A stretch of DNA of 64,000 nt from a bacterium (GTDB taxonomy: Bacteria > SM23-31). This document shows, one piece after another, positions 51,796-61,595 of the stretch. A program made the position numbers and the translations under genes. The DNA lies in NCBI GenBank assembly GCA_965249485.1, contig OZ252239.1, positions 3,520,001 to 3,584,000 on the forward strand. Reading direction: 5' to 3'. Position 1 is the first letter of the stretch. Each line of letters starts with the position of its first letter. The notes beneath the pieces are model-generated. The model did no database searches. It saw nothing but the letters and a program-made list of their open reading frames with translations, and had not been told where the DNA came from.

Positions 51796-52396
51796 GTGAG
51801 TCAAAATAAAAATCCTATACATATCACAGCTATTTTGGGAAGTGTCCGTCCAGATAATTTAACAGAAAAAGCCCTGAGTATCGTCATTAATGAGTTGGAA
51901 TCATATGACGGTATATCAACAACTCTCGTTAATCCCGGTACCATGAATCTTCCACTGCCAGGATTACCCGAAAACGATGATGCCCGTAAACTTAAGGAAT
52001 CAGTAGTCAACACAACAGGGATCATCTTAGCTACACCTGAATATCACGGTGGTTTCAGCAGTGTCATAAAAGTTGGTTATTGAAAATCTTGGATTTCCGT
52101 CACTGTTGGCTGGCAAACCGGTTGCACTTCTGGGTATTGCGGCAGGACAGATTGGGGCGATTAAATCTCTTGAACAACTCCGGAGTGTATGCTCTCATGT
52201 CGGAGCGATTGTGCTTCCAGGACCTGTTTCCATAGCAAACATCAACGAAGTTTTTGATAACAGCGGAAACATTATTGATGAAACGATCGACAGGCGGATC
52301 CGCGGTCTCGCAAAGAGCCTTGTCGACTATATTCATGACAATATCTGCCCGAGACATGCTCTTGAAGATATGGTCAGAAACAAGTCGGAAGTATAG
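51796..52396 (+). pseudogene. NADPH-dependent FMN reductase; frameshift at A4 52068-52071
   Basis: GSVR, ATPEYHGGFSSVIK; removing one A continues LVIENLGFPSLLAGKPVAL. Confidence 0.88.
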
Positions 52397-52489
52397 GTGA
52401 CATCTTTAAGCTTTCATCGCATCCTCTCTTTTCCAAACAGATTTTCATGACCACTTGAAAAATAGATTTATATCCAATATCACTATCAA

Positions 52490-52570
52490 AATGAAAAGGT
52501 CAATCCAGCTCCGGAAGCGGGAGTGGATTGACCATAATGTTAGGAGGGATGTTTTTTTTGAAAATTGCTT
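52490..52570 (-). ncRNA. Candidate ~80 nt small RNA with anti-SD seed and intrinsic terminator
   Basis: TTGCAT-17-TATCTT promoter (52605-52577), unpaired AUCCCUCCU, 10-bp stem GGTCAATCCA/TGGATTGACC, U tract. Confidence 0.5.
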
Positions 52571-52641
52571 GTGAATAAGATAACGTAAATCGATCTTAAA
52601 TGCAATAAGAAATATATATTATTTTTTGTTCTTTAACTGCT

Positions 52642-53355
52642 TTAAGGATTGGTGATTCGCAACTCTATTTCGTGAACAGATGCCCGTTGCGGCAAGGTCA
52701 ATGCATGGAGCACTGTCCGGGCACAGTCTTCGGGTGAAAGAATTGAATCTTTGTCTTTGAGATTATCACCACGTGTGTGGAACTTTGTTGCTACTGAACC
52801 CGGACAAATCGAAACTACTCTGATATTGTATTTCCTGACATCGAACATGAGAGACCGGGCAAAACCATTCATGGCAAATTTACTTGCACAATACGCAGCT
52901 CCCCCCTCAAATGCCTGTTTTCCGGCAATTGACGAAATATTAACTATTGTTCCTGAATTCTTTTCAATCATGTGTGGTAATGCATACTTCGTAGCGAGAA
53001 ATGTCCCCCGAAGATTCGTGTTGATAACACTGTCCCATTCATCAACCGTAAATTCATGGACCGGTTTAAAAATACCGATCCCTGCATTGTTAATTAAATA
53101 ATCGATCCCGCCAAATGCTGATACTGTTTTTTCGATGCAGACTTTTACTATTTCTTCATCCGCAACATTTCCGGGGTATGCCAAAAAACTACCGGAAAGC
53201 TCCTCTGCTTCGCTGGTAAGGTTTTCAAGGTCTGATTCAGTCCGGGAAAGACCGGTAACATTGACTCCTTCACGCAGCAGCATAATCGTTACCGCACGGC
53301 CAATCCCCTTACCCGCTCCGGTGACAATAGCAATTTTGTCCGTTATGGAAGCCAT
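52642..53355 (-). CDS. Short-chain dehydrogenase/reductase
   Basis: TGAGKGIG, NNAG, YCASK. Confidence 0.93.
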   Translation of the reverse strand: MASITDKIAIVTGAGKGIGRAVTIMLLREGVNVTGLSRTESDLENLTSEAEELSGSFLAYPGNVADEEIVKVCIEKTVSAFGGIDYLINNAGIGIFKPVHEFTVDEWDSVINTNLRGTFLATKYALPHMIEKNSGTIVNISSIAGKQAFEGGAAYCASKFAMNGFARSLMFDVRKYNIRVVSICPGSVATKFHTRGDNLKDKDSILSPEDCARTVLHALTLPQRASVHEIELRITNP

Positions 53356-53411
53356 ATTTATTAAACGGTTTAGTTCAATTAATTGAGGATGAAAAAAGAA
53401 TATTGAGGTTG

Positions 53412-54254
53412 TTATTGTTCCATTGCTTTTAAACGCCCAACGACGTCATCGATAATCCAGTCGGGTGTGCTCGCGCCTGCCGTAACACCGATCGACTCGG
53501 CATTTTCGAACCACCCTTCCTGCAACTCACCACCGCTTTCAACCTGGTAGGATCTCGGATTTATAGATTTCGAAATTTCCGCCAGCCGTTTTGTGTTTGC
53601 ACTTGTGAACGATCCAACAATGATCATCACATCGTTTTCTTTCGGCATAGTGCGTATTTCTGCTTGATACAATTTAGTGGGTTTACAAATCGTATCATAG
53701 TATCTCATTTCCCGGCCGAGTGTCATGAGCTTTTGCACGATTTTCTGAGCATTTTCAATATTCTGTGTCGACTGGACAACAACACCGATTTTTTTGACAC
53801 GGCTCGGGATTTTTTCTTCCACTTCTTCGGGACTTGAAATGATTATCGGATTCTTGACTTGTCCGGCGATTCCTATCACTTCATCATGCGGATGATCTCC
53901 GATAATGACCACTTTATAGCCGTCCTTTTCGAGATTGCGGGCATGTTCATGAATCTCGAGAACAAGCGGACAGGTGGCATCAACAATAGTATACCCTTTC
54001 TTTTTTGCCTCGTCATACACTTCCGGAACAGTTCCATGCGCACGGAGAAGCAAGGTGCCGGGGTTTTTTTCGGAAAGCGTTTCAGCCACCTTTACACCAG
54101 CTTTATCTATCCTTTTCACAACATGCTCATTGTGAACGATGTCGCCAAGCATGAGGACATTATCACTTTTTTCGGATTCTTCCAGCGCTTTGTCAACCGC
54201 CATTCTGACACCAAAACAAAAACCCGAATTTTTTGCAACATTTATTTTTTTCAT
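53412..54254 (-). CDS. ispH: 4-hydroxy-3-methylbut-2-enyl diphosphate reductase
   Basis: GFCFGV, IVHN, RAHG, DATCPLV, HDEV, TIC, SANT, TAGASTP. Confidence 0.96.
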   Translation of the reverse strand: MKKINVAKNSGFCFGVRMAVDKALEESEKSDNVLMLGDIVHNEHVVKRIDKAGVKVAETLSEKNPGTLLLRAHGTVPEVYDEAKKKGYTIVDATCPLVLEIHEHARNLEKDGYKVVIIGDHPHDEVIGIAGQVKNPIIISSPEEVEEKIPSRVKKIGVVVQSTQNIENAQKIVQKLMTLGREMRYYDTICKPTKLYQAEIRTMPKENDVMIIVGSFTSANTKRLAEISKSINPRSYQVESGGELQEGWFENAESIGVTAGASTPDWIIDDVVGRLKAMEQ

Positions 54255-54446
54255 GATATATTTTTTTTAAAGGACCAAAATATAATTTTGAGAATTTGAG
54301 AGTAGATATAATCCGGCTTAAAAGCAAGCCAAATCTGTGAATTCGCTTGTTTCGCATCATTTTTTTTCTAAATTAAACACAGAACTACTCCGCACACTAT
54401 CCCGGATGAAATCGGTGACGACTGCCGTTATAGAAACAATTTGCTT

Positions 54447-55661
54447 ATGAGAGTTCTTTGTTATATAATCCGAAATATCAGCCTGGTTGCTGGTGGTATT
54501 GCGATTGGTCTGGGGATAGTTTTCTTCACCGAATATCCAGCAAATGCTCAGCCCCAATTAAACGGTTATTTCGAAAACAGACTCTTTATCACCATTGCAG
54601 AAAATGATGTTGCATTTTCTCATCTGAAAAACTCTCTGAATTTTGGCGATTACAACAGAGCACGGATAATTATGCGGCACGATGTGTCGGCAAACAGTTC
54701 TTTGACTGTCGCTGTAGACTATTTCACCTATCACGGTTTTTTACAACAGCAGGTACGCCAGCCCGGTACAGGAACAGACTTTACCTCGACATCGGATGAT
54801 CAGCAGTTTGTTGTAGACAGAGCATATCTCAGGCTCTATTTTCGTAAAGCTGACGTAACCATTGGAAAGCAGCGCATATCGTGGGGGCGGTCGTTCCTCT
54901 GGAGTCCTTTTGATGTATTCAACAGAGTCAATTTTTTTGAGCCGCAGGAAGAAAAATTCGGTGTTAATGCATTCCGGATTTCTATTCCCTTCGGCCAAAC
55001 AAGCAGCCTCGAAGGGGTGTTTGTACCGGAAAATCAATTTGACACTTCATCCGGTGGAACGCGGTTACTGTGGAATTGGCACGGAATGGAAATGGCAGCA
55101 TCAGCAATACATTTTGCAACACCTCAACTTCGCCAGAACATATACGGCGTCGAATGGAGAGGCGACGCTGGGGTAGGTTATTGGTTTGAAGGGGCACTCT
55201 ATAATGAAAATCCGGCTCTGTCAATTCTGGTAGTGCCGGACAATTATTACCGATGGGTTATTGGAACAGATTACTCTTTCAACATAAAAAACGGACTTTT
55301 ATTAAGCGCCGAATATAGCCATGACGAGAGCGGTGAATCGGAACAAAATCGTTACAACTATAATCGTCTCTTTACCGGGATCCGGCCGCTTCTCGCACGT
55401 GACTATCTGTATGGTTCTGCCAACTTGAATTTCAGCGATCTGTTATCGGTGTCAGCGGCAGTACTGGCCAATTTAAATGATTCCGGATATTATTTTATGC
55501 CGTCACTTCAGTATCAACTTTTTTCTGATACGGATTTGAGAGTCGGCGCTTTTATTCCTGTTGCCGATACTGGCTCCGAGTTCAATCCATCTGATGCGAT
55601 TGACCAGTTTGGAGCATTCGGAAATTCTATGGTGTATGCATGGTTCAGAGTTTATTATTAA
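54447..55661 (+). CDS. Putative outer-membrane beta-barrel protein
   Basis: Signal peptide, DRAYL, TIGKQRISWG, SPFDVFN, amphipathic strands, terminal aromatic VYY. Confidence 0.7.
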   Translation: MRVLCYIIRNISLVAGGIAIGLGIVFFTEYPANAQPQLNGYFENRLFITIAENDVAFSHLKNSLNFGDYNRARIIMRHDVSANSSLTVAVDYFTYHGFLQQQVRQPGTGTDFTSTSDDQQFVVDRAYLRLYFRKADVTIGKQRISWGRSFLWSPFDVFNRVNFFEPQEEKFGVNAFRISIPFGQTSSLEGVFVPENQFDTSSGGTRLLWNWHGMEMAASAIHFATPQLRQNIYGVEWRGDAGVGYWFEGALYNENPALSILVVPDNYYRWVIGTDYSFNIKNGLLLSAEYSHDESGESEQNRYNYNRLFTGIRPLLARDYLYGSANLNFSDLLSVSAAVLANLNDSGYYFMPSLQYQLFSDTDLRVGAFIPVADTGSEFNPSDAIDQFGAFGNSMVYAWFRVYY

Positions 55662-55674
55662 ATATAACAATAGC

Positions 55675-55725
55675 GAGACTTCTCCACTGCGCTTCGTACA
55701 ATTCGGAGATTCGATCGAAATGACA
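55675..55725 (-). repeat. Single degenerate REP-like palindromic element
   Basis: Reverse complement TGTCATTTCGATCGAA...GCGCAGTGGAGAAGTCTC resembles intergenic GTCATTTCGAC...GGAGAAATCT repeats; one copy in the window. Confidence 0.45.
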
Positions 55726-55852
55726 TAAATAGTACAATCAATATGAATTTAAATTGAATAGTAAAAAATATTGTAGAAACATTTTAAGAGTATTAATTTG
55801 TATCTAAAGTAACCCATTCAGGTTGCAAAAGTAAAATAGCTCAGGACTCACT

Positions 55853-56551
55853 ATGGATATTGTACGACTTGAAAATGTCGATAAGATTTACCGAACCGGA
55901 AAAACAGAACACAAAGCGCTGCATAATGTCAACGTAAGCATTTCAGCCAGAGAGTTAGTCTCAATAGCAGGACCATCCGGTTCAGGAAAAACTACACTGT
56001 TGAACTTGATCGGTTGTCTCGATCAACCGACATCCGGTGAGGTGTTGCTTGATGGCGTTCCGGTAAAGGATCTTGCTCATAATCAGCGTGCCGATTTGCG
56101 GAATGCAAAAATCGGTTTTATTTTTCAGACATTTAACCTCATTCCGGTTTTGACTGCATACGAAAACGTTGAGTTTCCGCTTTTGATCGGGCGCAAAATA
56201 AGCATTCAGAAGCGGCAACAGATGATTACTGATATGCTGACAGATGTTGGACTGTACGACTTAATGCATCGAAGACCAGCTGATATGAGTGGCGGACAGC
56301 AGCAGCGTGTTGCGGTCGCGCGGGCACTTATAAAAAAACCGAAGCTCATTCTTGCCGATGAACCGACTGCGAATCTTGATTCACAAACGGGAAAAGCAAT
56401 TCTCGAGATGATGCTTGAACTCAATAAAAAACATAATATCAGTATTATATTTTCCACACACGACAGGATGGTTATGGATTTTGCTTCCCGGCTCATTGTG
56501 TTACGAGATGGCAGAATCAATGAAGATAAAAATAATAACAGAATATTATGA
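55853..56551 (+). CDS. ABC transporter ATP-binding protein (LolD/MacB family)
   Basis: GPSGSGKT, IGFIFQ.FNL, MSGGQQQR, ADEPTANLD, STHD. Confidence 0.93.
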   Translation: MDIVRLENVDKIYRTGKTEHKALHNVNVSISARELVSIAGPSGSGKTTLLNLIGCLDQPTSGEVLLDGVPVKDLAHNQRADLRNAKIGFIFQTFNLIPVLTAYENVEFPLLIGRKISIQKRQQMITDMLTDVGLYDLMHRRPADMSGGQQQRVAVARALIKKPKLILADEPTANLDSQTGKAILEMMLELNKKHNISIIFSTHDRMVMDFASRLIVLRDGRINEDKNNNRIL

Positions 56552-57777
56552 TTATTAAACTCGCATTCAGGAATATTTTCCGAAATTTCAGGCGGTCGCT
56601 GCTCTCGTTTTTGACTATCTCGATCGGAATCGGCCTCTCCATACTACTCGTTGGATTTTCAATCGGAATGGAGCAGCAGTCTATCCGTCTTTCGATCGAT
56701 ACACGGACAAGCCATGTTAAAATTTACGGGAAGGGATACATCGAAGATGATATGACCCTCCCGCTTGACTACACAATTTCCGATTATAATGTTGTTCTCA
56801 ATGAAATTGAGAATATTCCTGAAGTTGTCAGCGCTTCGGAGCGGATACTATTTTCGGCAACTCTGACTGATGGAATTGATGAGCTCAGAATAATCGGCGC
56901 CGGTGTCGATCCCGGCCGGGAAGATAATGCATTCAGATTATCAGATTATATCACAGACGGAACATATCTCTGGAACAGTGAAGAACACATCGTCCTTAGT
57001 AATATAATTGCCAATCTTTTCAATGTCACAACGGGCGATTATCTTACCCTCATAGCGCGCACACAATACGGTGCGATAACCGCTTTAGATATGGAAATTA
57101 CCGGAATATATCACAGTGCAAATCCCGAAGTTGATAACAATTATATTTTTATTCCTTTGGAAACAACACAAATGCTTCTGGAAATGGATAACAAGGTGAC
57201 AGAAATCGCTTTGTTCGGAAATTCGATGAATGAATCACTCATCCTGCCCGAAATTATCAGCAGTCACATTGAAGCTGATTTATACGATGTTGTTACCTGG
57301 GAATATATGGCACGTGATCTGCTCCGGTTCTATGCCATGCGGGCAAACTCACGCATTATCATATACTGTATACTCTTTACTGTGGCATTTGCCAGTATTA
57401 TGAATACTATGCTCATGTCGGTATATGAACGGTTTCGTGAAATTGGCACCCTAATGGCACTCGGATTCCGCCGAAGTAAAATAACAGCATTGTTTGCATG
57501 TGAAGGGCTGTTTCTCGGTGTGTTCGGTAGCACAGTTGGCTGCCTTCTGGGTGGCGGATATACCTATTATCTCAAAATACATGGGATCGATTTCAGTAAA
57601 TTCGGAGAGAATGGTTTCGGTGATATTCCAATCGGTTCTGTTATCTATGCGGACATAACGATGAATGTTCTGATTTTCTTTTTTATTACTGGAATATGTG
57701 TAGCACTCTTTTCCGCTCTGTATCCGTCCATCAAGGGAGCACGAATGGAACCATCTCATGCATTACGTTCAGTGTGA
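56548..57777 (+). CDS. FtsX/LolE-like ABC permease
   Basis: LAFRNIFRNFRRS, periplasmic domain, MSVYERFREIGTLMALG, LYP. Confidence 0.9.
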   Translation: MIIKLAFRNIFRNFRRSLLSFLTISIGIGLSILLVGFSIGMEQQSIRLSIDTRTSHVKIYGKGYIEDDMTLPLDYTISDYNVVLNEIENIPEVVSASERILFSATLTDGIDELRIIGAGVDPGREDNAFRLSDYITDGTYLWNSEEHIVLSNIIANLFNVTTGDYLTLIARTQYGAITALDMEITGIYHSANPEVDNNYIFIPLETTQMLLEMDNKVTEIALFGNSMNESLILPEIISSHIEADLYDVVTWEYMARDLLRFYAMRANSRIIIYCILFTVAFASIMNTMLMSVYERFREIGTLMALGFRRSKITALFACEGLFLGVFGSTVGCLLGGGYTYYLKIHGIDFSKFGENGFGDIPIGSVIYADITMNVLIFFFITGICVALFSALYPSIKGARMEPSHALRSV

Positions 57778-57828
57778 GATTGCATACGGATACACAGACA
57801 ATTGATTGTTGGTTAATTTAATTAAACT

Positions 57829-59064
57829 ATGTCGAAGTACTTGTTAAAAATTGCGTTACGAAATGTTTTCCGCAATAAACGGAGAACCGTTCTGACTGCC
57901 GTTGTTATCATGATATCGGTAGGTGCTTTTCTCTTTATGTTCAGCTATATCAAAGGTGTCAGGGACAGCATCGTCGAGGATTCCATAATGCTTACCGGGC
58001 ACATTTCTGTCCAACATCCGGAATACAGTATGAAAGAGAGGATGCTTTCACTGTCTGTTCCGGTGCGCAATTACGCCGCGATCCGGGATACATTGCAAGC
58101 AATGAAATCAGTGCGTGCTGCGGCAGGCAGGATCAAATTTGGCGGTCTTATTGACTTTCGTGAAAAGAATGAACCGGGTGCCGGATATGCATTCGATCCT
58201 TCCAATGAAGAAGGTATAATTGACATTTCGGAATCTCTGGTAAGCGGAGTCGGATTTTCCGAAGGAGATGATGGAAAAAATGAATTGCTGATCGGTTCTG
58301 AGCTTGCAATGTCACTCGACATACTGCCGGGTGATACGGTAACGGTCATTTCAAGCACTGCATACAAATCTCTTACGGCAGTCAACCTTGTCGTTACAGG
58401 AATAGTAGACATGTTAAGCGGTGCAATGAACAAACTCTTTTATATGCATCTCGAAACCGCTCAATATTTCCTCGACATGGACGACAGCGTCTCTGAGATA
58501 GCCGTATTTCTCGAAGAAAACAGTGATGAAGATCTGGTGAAAAACTCAATTGAAGCCATTGAAGGTGTTTCGGCAACGTACCGGGTTATGACCTGGCTCG
58601 ATAAAGGTATATTGCGAGATTATCTGCCCATGCTCGACTCGGCAAATGCATTTATTATAGTAATTTTCGGTTTGATTGCAGCATTGGGGATCATCAACAC
58701 CATGCTTATAGCGGTATTTGAACGCACACGTGAAATCGGCGTGTTTTCAGCATTCGGCATGAAACGGCGGGAAATTCTGGCTGTATTTTTATTCGAAGCA
58801 CTGTTTATCGGCTGTTTCGGGGGAATCGCCGGTGTTTTATTAGGAGGATACTGGGCTATATATCTTGAAATAAACGGATTATCACTTGGAAATGTTGCCG
58901 ATGGTTTTTCAATACCAGTCCGTTCAATAATCTACAGTGATTTTCGTATCATTCATGGAGTGAGTGCATTTGTACTCGGTATAACAATGTCTGTATTAGC
59001 AGCATTCTTGCCTGCTGTCAAGGCCGCACGTATGGAGCCGACAGATGCGCTCAGAACACATTAA
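57829..59064 (+). CDS. FtsX/LolE-like ABC permease
   Basis: ALRNVFRNKRRT, AVFERTREIGV..AFG, LPAVKAARMEP. Confidence 0.9.
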   Translation: MSKYLLKIALRNVFRNKRRTVLTAVVIMISVGAFLFMFSYIKGVRDSIVEDSIMLTGHISVQHPEYSMKERMLSLSVPVRNYAAIRDTLQAMKSVRAAAGRIKFGGLIDFREKNEPGAGYAFDPSNEEGIIDISESLVSGVGFSEGDDGKNELLIGSELAMSLDILPGDTVTVISSTAYKSLTAVNLVVTGIVDMLSGAMNKLFYMHLETAQYFLDMDDSVSEIAVFLEENSDEDLVKNSIEAIEGVSATYRVMTWLDKGILRDYLPMLDSANAFIIVIFGLIAALGIINTMLIAVFERTREIGVFSAFGMKRREILAVFLFEALFIGCFGGIAGVLLGGYWAIYLEINGLSLGNVADGFSIPVRSIIYSDFRIIHGVSAFVLGITMSVLAAFLPAVKAARMEPTDALRTH

Positions 59065-59079
59065 ATATCATCAAAACTT

Positions 59080-59859
59080 ATGACCTATACAATTCGATTT
59101 AGGTTTCATCGCATGTTTTTGATGTTTTTCATTGGTCTTATTACACTTGCACCGTTAACTGCGACAGCGCAGAATACGTTTACAGCCGATGAAATTCTTG
59201 AAAAAATTGACAAGAACTTAATATCATCAACTGTCATCTATTCTGCCAAGATGATTATCCATCAACGGGACAGAATCGATACCAAAGAGATGCGTGTCTG
59301 GGGTGAGGGTAAAAAAAACACGTTTGTCGAGTATCTTTCACCGGCCCGGGACAAGGGAACAAAATACCTTCGTCTCGATGAGAGCTTGTGGATGTTTTTA
59401 CCCAGTATTGAAAAGACCATCAAAATTTCGGGACATTTACTCAGACAAAGCATGATGGGGAGCGATTTTTCGTATGAGGATTCACTCGACAGAAATAAAC
59501 TGCAGGAAGATTATACTGCTACTATTTCTGGGGAAGAAATCCTGAATGAGCGACTCTGTTATGTGCTTGATCTCATCGCTGCCCATAAAGATGTGACCTA
59601 TCACCGGAGAAAAATGTGGATTGATAAAGAGCAATTTGTCGGCCTAAAAACAGAACTGTACGCTCACACCGGGAAACTGCTGAAAGTGATGACTGCAAAT
59701 ACCATTGAACGTGTTCAAGACCGGTATTATCCTGTCCATGTTGAAATGAGAGATCAACTCCGGAAAAATTCTTATACAGAATTTGTTATCACGAAAATCG
59801 AGTTTGATACCGATATTCCTGAATCCATATTTTCTCTTCGGAATCTTGAACGCAGGTAA
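59080..59859 (+). CDS. LolA-like outer-membrane lipoprotein-sorting protein
   Basis: Signal peptide, SPARDKGTKYL, LWMFLP, MGSDFSYED, GKLLK, IFSLRNL. Confidence 0.88.
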   Translation: MTYTIRFRFHRMFLMFFIGLITLAPLTATAQNTFTADEILEKIDKNLISSTVIYSAKMIIHQRDRIDTKEMRVWGEGKKNTFVEYLSPARDKGTKYLRLDESLWMFLPSIEKTIKISGHLLRQSMMGSDFSYEDSLDRNKLQEDYTATISGEEILNERLCYVLDLIAAHKDVTYHRRKMWIDKEQFVGLKTELYAHTGKLLKVMTANTIERVQDRYYPVHVEMRDQLRKNSYTEFVITKIEFDTDIPESIFSLRNLERR

Positions 59860-59893
59860 GGATAAATAGTTACACGGTTATAGCAGATTAGTT

Positions 59894-61072
59894 CTATTCC
59901 TGATCACCGGGGAGGCTGTCGAGGACAGGCTGAAGTAGAATTTCAGGAACATATCCCATAACAATAAAATTCGTGCCGTTATCCCGTTTAACCAGCACAG
60001 TACCTTCGAGGACAAACATTTGCTGTTGTGGTCTCGGTCTTCGGGAGGCTCTACTAACAAATTCCTGCAGCTGGCGCGGCAGCTCACCGCTTACTTGAAA
60101 CAGTGAAAACATAATGAGCCCATCGGTATAAACCTGATGATACATATTGGCGCGGGCCGGGCCGATGAGCCTGATTTTATCAAGTACGAATCCCGGAGGC
60201 AGTGTTTCAGGTATGATAATTTTTTCCCGGTGATTTTCCGGCAGCTGTTCAAGAGTAATAAATTCTCTTGAGACTGGCCGCGCTGCTCTTTGCACTATTC
60301 TATTTTGTTGACGAACTTCTCTTTGTTCGACTTCCTCGTCAGATAGCAGACCTATCTCTTCGTCTGATTCGACAATCCTAATTTCGGTAAATAACTCTCT
60401 ATACACCGGTTCGTCCGGTATCCCGGGATGGTAAATTTCCCGTTTCAAGATAATGCCGGTCTCTTTGTCTACCCAAATTCTGTTTCTAGGCCGGAACTCA
60501 TAATCAGGATCGATAAAAATGATGTCTGCAACTCTGCCTGCTATTGAGTCTTCCGATTCTCTAACAATTGTGTAATTATTACGGAGAACTTCAAAATGAA
60601 TAGGATTGTTGAGAAGGTTACCCGCTGCGGGCATTCTCCGCTGCATCCCCCGGTCGTAATTCTGAAGCATTCTTCTCTGCCTGATAGACATTTTGTGCTG
60701 CATATCCTTCTGAAATCGTTCTCGAATTTTCCCAACCTGTTCTTCAAGATCATGTTCCAGCAGAATCCGCTCCTCAACACGGTTATGAACAGGATCGAAA
60801 TAGATCTCTTTTTCAAACTTGCGGTGTATATTATTTATCCTCCGCTCGATATCCATTCTACCCAAGTAGCTGATCGTACTGTGTGCTTTAGTCATTCTTT
60901 CAAACAGCTCAACAATTGTTTCCTCATCCGGACTGTGCTCCTGAGCTGTGACCGGTGAAGAAGATACGATACAAACAAGTATACCGTATAGAAATGCGCC
61001 TATTATTTTATTACGATTCATATTCATTTTTGTAGCAATACGTATAAATATATTTTCATATTCAAACATCAA
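59894..61072 (-). CDS. MucB/RseB-like periplasmic regulator
   Basis: SYLG, IAGR, IWVDKETGIILK, LPPGF, YTDGLIMFSLFQ; lies after the anti-sigma gene; the start may be a downstream Met. Confidence 0.8.
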   Translation of the reverse strand: MMFEYENIFIRIATKMNMNRNKIIGAFLYGILVCIVSSSPVTAQEHSPDEETIVELFERMTKAHSTISYLGRMDIERRINNIHRKFEKEIYFDPVHNRVEERILLEHDLEEQVGKIRERFQKDMQHKMSIRQRRMLQNYDRGMQRRMPAAGNLLNNPIHFEVLRNNYTIVRESEDSIAGRVADIIFIDPDYEFRPRNRIWVDKETGIILKREIYHPGIPDEPVYRELFTEIRIVESDEEIGLLSDEEVEQREVRQQNRIVQRAARPVSREFITLEQLPENHREKIIIPETLPPGFVLDKIRLIGPARANMYHQVYTDGLIMFSLFQVSGELPRQLQEFVSRASRRPRPQQQMFVLEGTVLVKRDNGTNFIVMGYVPEILLQPVLDSLPGDQE

Positions 61073-61077
61073 TTCTG

Positions 61078-61593
61078 TTATTGATCTTGTTCCTGTGGCG
61101 AATCTTCTTCCCAGTTTTCCGGAATATAAACTTCTACTGCATACAACGGTGTCGGATCAAAAATATGACCGGCCATAACTATGTCATGTTCTTCCCAAAT
61201 CATATCAAGTGTTGCCTCATATGCCTCTTCAGTAAGCACTCCATTGTCAAATTCTGACAGATAGTTACTTGTCAACAGAATGCCAACATACACGATTGCT
61301 GCAGCTGCTGGGACCAGGGCCACTTGAAGCCAGCGGCGGGGCAATCCAATTCTTCTTCTGTTGCCCTGAGCATCTGCATTGTTTATAACAGTTTCCAAAT
61401 AATCATCCCAGAACGATTCATCATGTCCGGATGTCCGAATAGAATCGAGCAGTGCATGATAACCTGTCTCTACTTTGAATGAACGAGCACAGTTCCGGCA
61501 ATCTCCAGCGTGCAATTTTACTTCATTCGGGATACCGTTCCTCTCATCCGGCTTACTACCGGAGAGCCATGTTTGAAATTGGTTACAGTCCAT
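61078..61593 (-). CDS. Zinc-finger (ZAS) anti-sigma factor
   Basis: MDC...HAGDCRNC (HxxxCxxC), single TM. Confidence 0.8.
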   Translation of the reverse strand: MDCNQFQTWLSGSKPDERNGIPNEVKLHAGDCRNCARSFKVETGYHALLDSIRTSGHDESFWDDYLETVINNADAQGNRRRIGLPRRWLQVALVPAAAAIVYVGILLTSNYLSEFDNGVLTEEAYEATLDMIWEEHDIVMAGHIFDPTPLYAVEVYIPENWEEDSPQEQDQ

Positions 61594-61595
61594 AG

